A stretch of DNA of 39,459 nucleotides. It comes from Leidyana gryllorum EB-2025a. Its lineage: Eukaryota; Protista; Apicomplexa. Shown piece by piece: positions 33,871-39,459 of this stretch. A program made the position numbers and the translations under genes. The stretch is taken from NCBI GenBank assembly GCA_048772705.1, contig JBLWGC010000172.1:1-39459 (forward strand), in the 5' to 3' direction. The number at the start of each line of letters is the position of its first letter. The first letter of the stretch is position 1. A model generated the notes under the pieces. It saw nothing but the letters and a program-made list of their open reading frames with translations, did not search any database and was not told the DNA's origin.

Positions 33871-34911
33871 TCTTGGTCGTCGGTTGACCCGACGGGACAA
33901 GTTGCCTTCAGAACCAATACAGCCACCTCGTTAGCCCACTTCGGTAGGGCAGTCTGCACCCTACTAAAAAAGGACTGTTCGGGAATCGAATTGAGCACTT
34001 CCTGCGAGTGGAGGAAAATTATATCACGAGCACTTCAACTCGACATGCGCAGCAGTGGCCCCCATACAGCTAGCAAGCTTGCCTCGGTCGAAACGGAACG
34101 TCTTCCGCGTGCGAGGCTATGATGCGGATGGCCATATCCATTAGGCCACCGCACCATAGACAAGCTTTGGTCATCTCGGGAGCTTGTCCACTGTAGTCTA
34201 AGTGGCTAGGATATGCCGCTTTCACCCGCACGATCCGGGTTCAAGTCCCGGCAGTGGAAGTTACTCGAGCAAAGTGCTCCAGTAATCCCCGTCAATAGTA
34301 ACTGATTCGTGATCTTCGGCTTGGATTGCCTTCTTAGCTTAGGGGCAGAGCATTCGATTAGTAAGCGAAAGGTCGCCGGTTCGATTCCGGCAGAAGGCTT
34401 GCTCACGAGCTCAAGCTTTTCTGGCTGGTCTCTCGAGTCTCGATAACGACCTGAGAGGGCTGCAAAATTCTTCGGTAGAAGATGAAGGATCTCTCTACTA
34501 ACCTCTGAAAGATTGTCAATGGGTCTGGTAGCTCAGTCGGCAGAGCGTGTGGCTGTTAACCACAAAGTCGCAGGCTCGAAACCTACCAGGACCGGTTCTG
34601 CGGCACCGTACTCTCTAGACGGCACTTGTGCTCTTGGACCCTTCCAAGGTCGTAAAAATACCGGCAGTTGAAAACTACGAAGTTTGGACGACCTGGGCAT
34701 CGATCCCAGTACCCTCGCATGCTAAGCGAGCGCTCTACCATTTGAGCTAGTCGCCCATTGTGCAGACCCCATCGCATTTTTTTGTTCTCAACATCGTATG
34801 ACCACTCTCTCGACTGTATTCAGCGGGTTTCACGACCGACAGGCGGCTAATTGGTCTAGTGGTATGATTCTTCCTTCGGGTGGAAGAAGGCCTGTATTCG
34901 ATTCCCAGAAG

Positions 34912-37900
34912 AGCCCGTCTGATAGTTGTTGACGCAACACGGCACTCGACCCATCCCGGACAGCTAAGACAGGATCTGAGTTGTTGACTCAACAGGCTGC
35001 AACCCGGCCATCCGCCCAGACGCTACTGGGACTCGAACCCAGAATCCCCGGTTCCGTAAACCGATGCCATATCTATTAGGCCATAGCGCCGACTAACGGA
35101 GCCGTCAAATGGGAGTGTGTAGCGATCAAGACAGGACATGGGCAGCTACGCCCGATGGTGGGTGTGGACAGACTTCACCCACATCTCCCATTCGGGGACA
35201 TACTATCCAAGCCAGGATTCGGGCCTGGGTATGCACGGCCACAACTTGCTGTTGTAAGCAACTAGACGACCCGGACAATCTTCCAGTGAGGCTGGTGGGT
35301 ACCAAAGCCACTTAAGATGTCGGGCTATCGGGTTTTGTGTCCTTGCATTCCTGCCGCCCTAGATCAGTCGGTAGAGCGCAAGACTCTTAATCTTGCAGTT
35401 GAGGGGGCGAGCCCCGCGGGCGGTGTCCATCTATTTCCCTGGGAGTAAGAATGGAACTGTTGCCTACAAGCACACTCAGCTGGAGTTCCACTGCCGGGAC
35501 TTGAACCCGGACCGTGCGGGTGAGAGCCGCATATCCTAGCCACTTAGACTACAGTGGACGAGTCACAACAGTTGCACTGACGAATGATTCGCCAGAGAAC
35601 TGTGAGTCGGTCTCAGATTGGAAGTTCACCTAGGTTTGGCGGGTCGGCGGCAATCTCAAGTGGTAGAGCGGTGACTTTGCACGCGAGAGGTCAGTTTAGA
35701 CATCTATCAATGCCGCAGGGCAGGCTGAACATGGGGGTATTTGGTCACTTCCGCGACATGTCGAATTCGACAGGTGGCAACTTGCCCGAGTGGTTAAGGG
35801 GTTAGTCTAGAAGTCTATTGGGCCTGGCCCGCGCTGGTTCGAATCCAGCAGTTGTCGTGTTATGTGACGGGCATCAACTCCATCGGTCGTGGCTGTGCTG
35901 TATCATTCCGCTGTGCAGACCCCATAGCATTTAGTGGTTCTTGACATATTATGACCAGTCTCTCGACTGTACCAGCCATTTGCACCACCGACCGATGGGC
36001 TGTTTGGTCTAGTGCTATGACCCCTCCTCAGGGTGGAGTCCTGGTTCGATTCCCAGCACAGCCCTCTTGGTCGTCGGTTCACCCGATGGGACAAGTTGCG
36101 TTCAAATCCAGCAGTTGTCGTGCGATGTGGTTGGAGGGGTCAAACACCAACTCAAGCGTGAATCCCTGGAATGGTGGGAAAACAATCATGTGTCTTCTGC
36201 ATCTGCCGGGAATCGAACCCGGGTCGTCTCGATGGCAACGAGACATTCTACCACTAGACCACAGATGCATGACTCGTTGTTGTTCAAGCTCGTGCACAAT
36301 AACGGCCGTTTTGCTTCAAACGAGAAGACAAAATCGAGTTGAGCGAGTATGACGGGTGTTTTGTGGGTACGTAGCTCAGTGGTAGAGCAGCTGACTGCAG
36401 ATCAGCAAGTCCGTGGTTCAACTCCGCGCGTGCCCTAAAGATGACCTGAAGGTTGAAGATGTTGGAAATCCATCCCTGACCACATGCCAATGAGTTTGAA
36501 GTCGGTGGACAATTTTGGGTGTATGGCGGACGGTGGCGCGCAGAAATCGCCCGAGTGTCTCGGGGTGCTGCAACTCTTTCGCAATTGCACTTGTGGTCTA
36601 AGGGTAAGATGCGACCCTTCCAAGGTCGTAACCCGGGTTCGAGTCCCGGCAGGTGCAGCCGTATGTAGCTCGAACGACCTGTCTATCAGTGAAGAGAGGG
36701 GACTACCTACCAATACAATACAACGGCTGACAAGAGTGGGATTCGAACCCACGCCCTTTCGGACTGCGGCCTCAACACAGCGCCTTAGACCACTCGGCCA
36801 TCTTGCCGCAGTCTTGTTGGTTCGTCGCTCCACGCGTTTTTTGTCCGTGAGCCGAAATAGAAAGACTTCTGGGATTGGAGGCCGGCGTGTTCGGAGCGTC
36901 CGAGTCAGTATAGTGTTTAGTGTCTCCGCCTGTCACGCGGAAGACCCGCGTTCGATTCCCGGTCTCGAAACGCAGATGGTTTCCCTTGAGATTCTCTGCT
37001 TCGGGTTCTCGCTGAAAGTTGCGAGCTACAGCCACCGAGGATCGAAATCGGGACTTCTGCGTGCGAAGCAGACGTCGTAACCACTAGACCATTGCTGCAC
37101 GGATGGTCCCCGCAGCCCAAGACATGGCGAAGTTTCAGGGAGTAGTGAGGACCAGTTCCAAGGTCGCGCCGCGAATCGAACCCAGGTCGGGAGATTCAGA
37201 GTCTCCAGTGCTAATCACTACACGACGCAACCGGCTCAGCCCATCCCAGAAGAGTCTGTTCCTCAACTGGACACACGCAACACGGGTCTCTACTGACCTC
37301 TGAAATATTTTAAGTCGCTCCTGTATAAAGCGCCCAGCGTAGGCGTTGGATTTGGGTGGGACAGAAAGCTCACTTAAATCCTTGAAGCAGTTGCGCTTTT
37401 TCTCAAATGCAACCCACAAGGGTGAGATTCGAACTCACGCGGGTGAAACCCAACGGCTTAGCAGGCCGCCGCCTTAATCGCTCGGCCACCTTCTCGAGAG
37501 TGGAACGGGCTACGCCTTCCATCGGGAATCCCGTGCGAATTGGTAGTGGCCGGTTCAGTACCAATCATAAGGCTTTGCTGAACACCCTTGGGCTAGTGAC
37601 TGTTCACATCAACGCTGAAGCGGTCGCGTATTTCAGGCGGCCAGAGCGTGAGCCTAATAAGTTCTGAGTCCGCGGTTGGAGCCCGGGCGTGACCAAGTGA
37701 GTGCATCTCTGATACTCGCGCTGTACCCGAGGAAGGCCCAAATTCCCAACGATCAATACGAATGGAATTTGTTACTAAGTCCGAGCTTCGTTGCCGCCCC
37801 CAGTCCGTCGGTAGAGCGCAAGGGGAGACCGCAGGTTCGGGCAGCGCGAGACGTCCGAGTCGAGCTTGCTGAACCGTATGTGACGGCACTGGGCGCAAGA

Positions 37901-39459
37901 TGCCCAGTTGGAGGTGGCAACTTGCCCGAGTGGTTAGGGGGTGGACTCTGCCGACTGAGCTACAACACCCACTTGCAACGTTCTTCCAAGCGAGGGAGAA
38001 TGATACCTTACGGTCAAACAGCCTCCTGGTCGGCCTGCCCGGCTAGGGCACTCATAGGTGTCAAATGCTGGAGTACTCGGCGGTCGCGTTCGGCTGTCAT
38101 TGGGTGGATTTGCTCCCCGGGGGGATCGAACCCTCGACCTTCGGCACATAAGGCCGATGCTCTAACCAGCTGAGCTAGGGGAGCGATCACCGCCGTGCCA
38201 CCGCGTAACTCACATTCGATTCTATGTCAGGGGGTTGTTACATCAAGTGTCAGAATGCCCCGGCCTCGTGCCGACCCAGGTTGTTAGCGTTTCTGTTAAT
38301 TTGCCACGGCGGTTTGAGGCGTGCCTCCTGCGTCTGTCGGGAATCGAACCTGGGTTGTCTCGGTGGCAACGAGACATTCTACCACTAGACCACAGATGCA
38401 CAATCCAGCGTTGAGCTAGTCGCCCGCTGTGCAGACGTCATAGCATTCCGTGGTTTTTGACATAGTATGCATGACAAGCGTGAGATTAGAGCCGACGCGA
38501 TTTAGAACTACGGCCTGAACACAGCGCTTCAGACCACCCGGCCATCTTGCCGCCGTGTTCTTGGCTCGCCACATGGCATGTTTTGTGTCCGTGAAGTCTC
38601 GAGAAGGAACTATTTCATCTCGGACGCTCGTCAACGCGCCGGACTTCAACCCCAAAAGTCTGGTCAGTATTTCCGCCTGTCACGCGGAATACCCGGATTC
38701 GATGCTTGGTTTCAGAGCACAGTTGATTCCCCTTAAGATTGTCTCATTTGGTTGTCGCTGAAAGTTGCGAGCTACAGCCACCGAGGATCGAACTCGGGAC
38801 CTTCTGCGTGTTAAGCAAACGTGGTGACCACCAGATCATGGCTGCGGCGAAGGTCCCGCAGACCAAGAGAAGTGGCGAGGTTTCACGAAAAAGTGAGGAC
38901 TAGTTTTGAGGTTGCTCCGGGAATCGAACCTAGGTCGGGAGATTTAGAGTCTCCAGTGCTAACCACTACACCAAGTAACCGATCAGTCCTTCCCAAAAAA
39001 GAGTTGGTAGAGCCATCCGGGCTAGCGCTCCCTCAACTGGACACATGCAACACGCGTCTCTCTACTGACCTTTGAAAAATTGTAACTGACTCTGGTATCT
39101 TAGTCGGCAGAGTGTGTGATTGTAAAATGCAAACTCGGAAATCCGGGCTCTGAGGCAACCTTCACACATACTGCGGTGCCCGAGTCTAGCCAAGGGTAAA
39201 GGGCACACTTGAAAGCTTTCAACTCTGTAGTAAAAAAGCGGCACTTGCAGACTACGAAGTTTGGACGACCTGGGCATCGATCCCAGTACCTCTCGCATGC
39301 TAAGCGAGCGCTCTACCATTTGAGCTAGTCGCCCTTTGTGCAGACCCCGTCGCATTTTGTTGATTCTCAACATCGTATGACCACTCTCGCGACTGTGCTC
39401 ACCGCGTTGCACTACCTCAGGCGGCTGTTTGGTCCAGTGGTATGATTCTTCCTACGGGT
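34912..39459 (-). repeat. Right arm of outer inverted repeat IR1; carries mirror copies of all tRNAs in 90-4637
   Basis: Reverse complement of 90-4637; cut by the window end. Confidence 0.97.

Larger units (their letters stand above)
1..39459. repeat. Dense array of eukaryotic tRNA genes, pseudogenes and fragments (mosaic tRNA cluster), extending beyond both window edges
   Basis: A-box (TAGCTCAG/TGGTCTAGTGG) and B-box (GGTTCGA.TCC) motifs with cloverleaf stems recur about every 150-250 bp on both strands; no encoded CCA; eukaryotic initiator tRNA and intron-containing Tyr present. Confidence 0.98.

Noticed and set aside
137-39412. All ORFs in the supplied track (60-198 aa)
   Set aside because: They are translations of tRNA sequence (e.g. 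GRLAQMVERSLSMREVLGS = tRNA-Ala; PGIEPR = antisense B-box), mostly with non-ATG starts and no recognisable domains
1-39459. CRISPR-like repeat-spacer appearance
   Set aside because: Repeats are 70-85 nt tRNAs of many families on both strands, spacers are repeated rather than unique, and there are no cas genes
1-39459. tRNA-derived SINE cluster or retroposed tRNAs
   Set aside because: No poly-A or simple-repeat tails, no TSDs around tRNAs, no CCA, Tyr intron retained; duplicated units span several genes
1-39459. Bacterial, phage or organellar tRNA array
   Set aside because: Eukaryote-specific features: A34 anticodons (Ala AGC, Pro AGG, Ile AAT, Ser AGA, Thr AGT), iMet with A1:T72 and ATCG T-loop, Tyr C1:G72 with 37/38 intron

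Overview
No credible protein-coding gene is present. The window is an almost continuous eukaryotic (Pol III-type, no encoded CCA) tRNA-gene mosaic: by eye roughly 150 or more tRNA genes, pseudogenes and fragments on both strands, about one per 200 bp. They cover 19 amino acids plus initiator Met; I recognised no tRNA-His. Copies range from perfect cloverleaves to barely recognisable fossils, and most lack a close oligo-T terminator. The array is built from multi-tRNA modules reshuffled into nested inverted repeats: a near-identical 4.5 kb outer pair (x <-> 39549-x) that runs off the window, a second 2.3-3 kb pair (x <-> 29740-x), and several local fold-backs. Many junctions fall inside tRNA genes, especially tRNA-Pro. 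Several copies have switched anticodons, including a tRNA-Gln body with an amber (CTA) anticodon and tRNA-Leu(GAG). The only clearly non-tRNA DNA is two unrelated solo LTRs, each with a 5-bp TSD and each inserted in a fossil tRNA; they share a perfectly identical 46-bp TATA/double-hairpin motif. The host is probably a protist such as an oomycete (weak inference). The tRNA features listed are representative best-preserved copies, not a full census.
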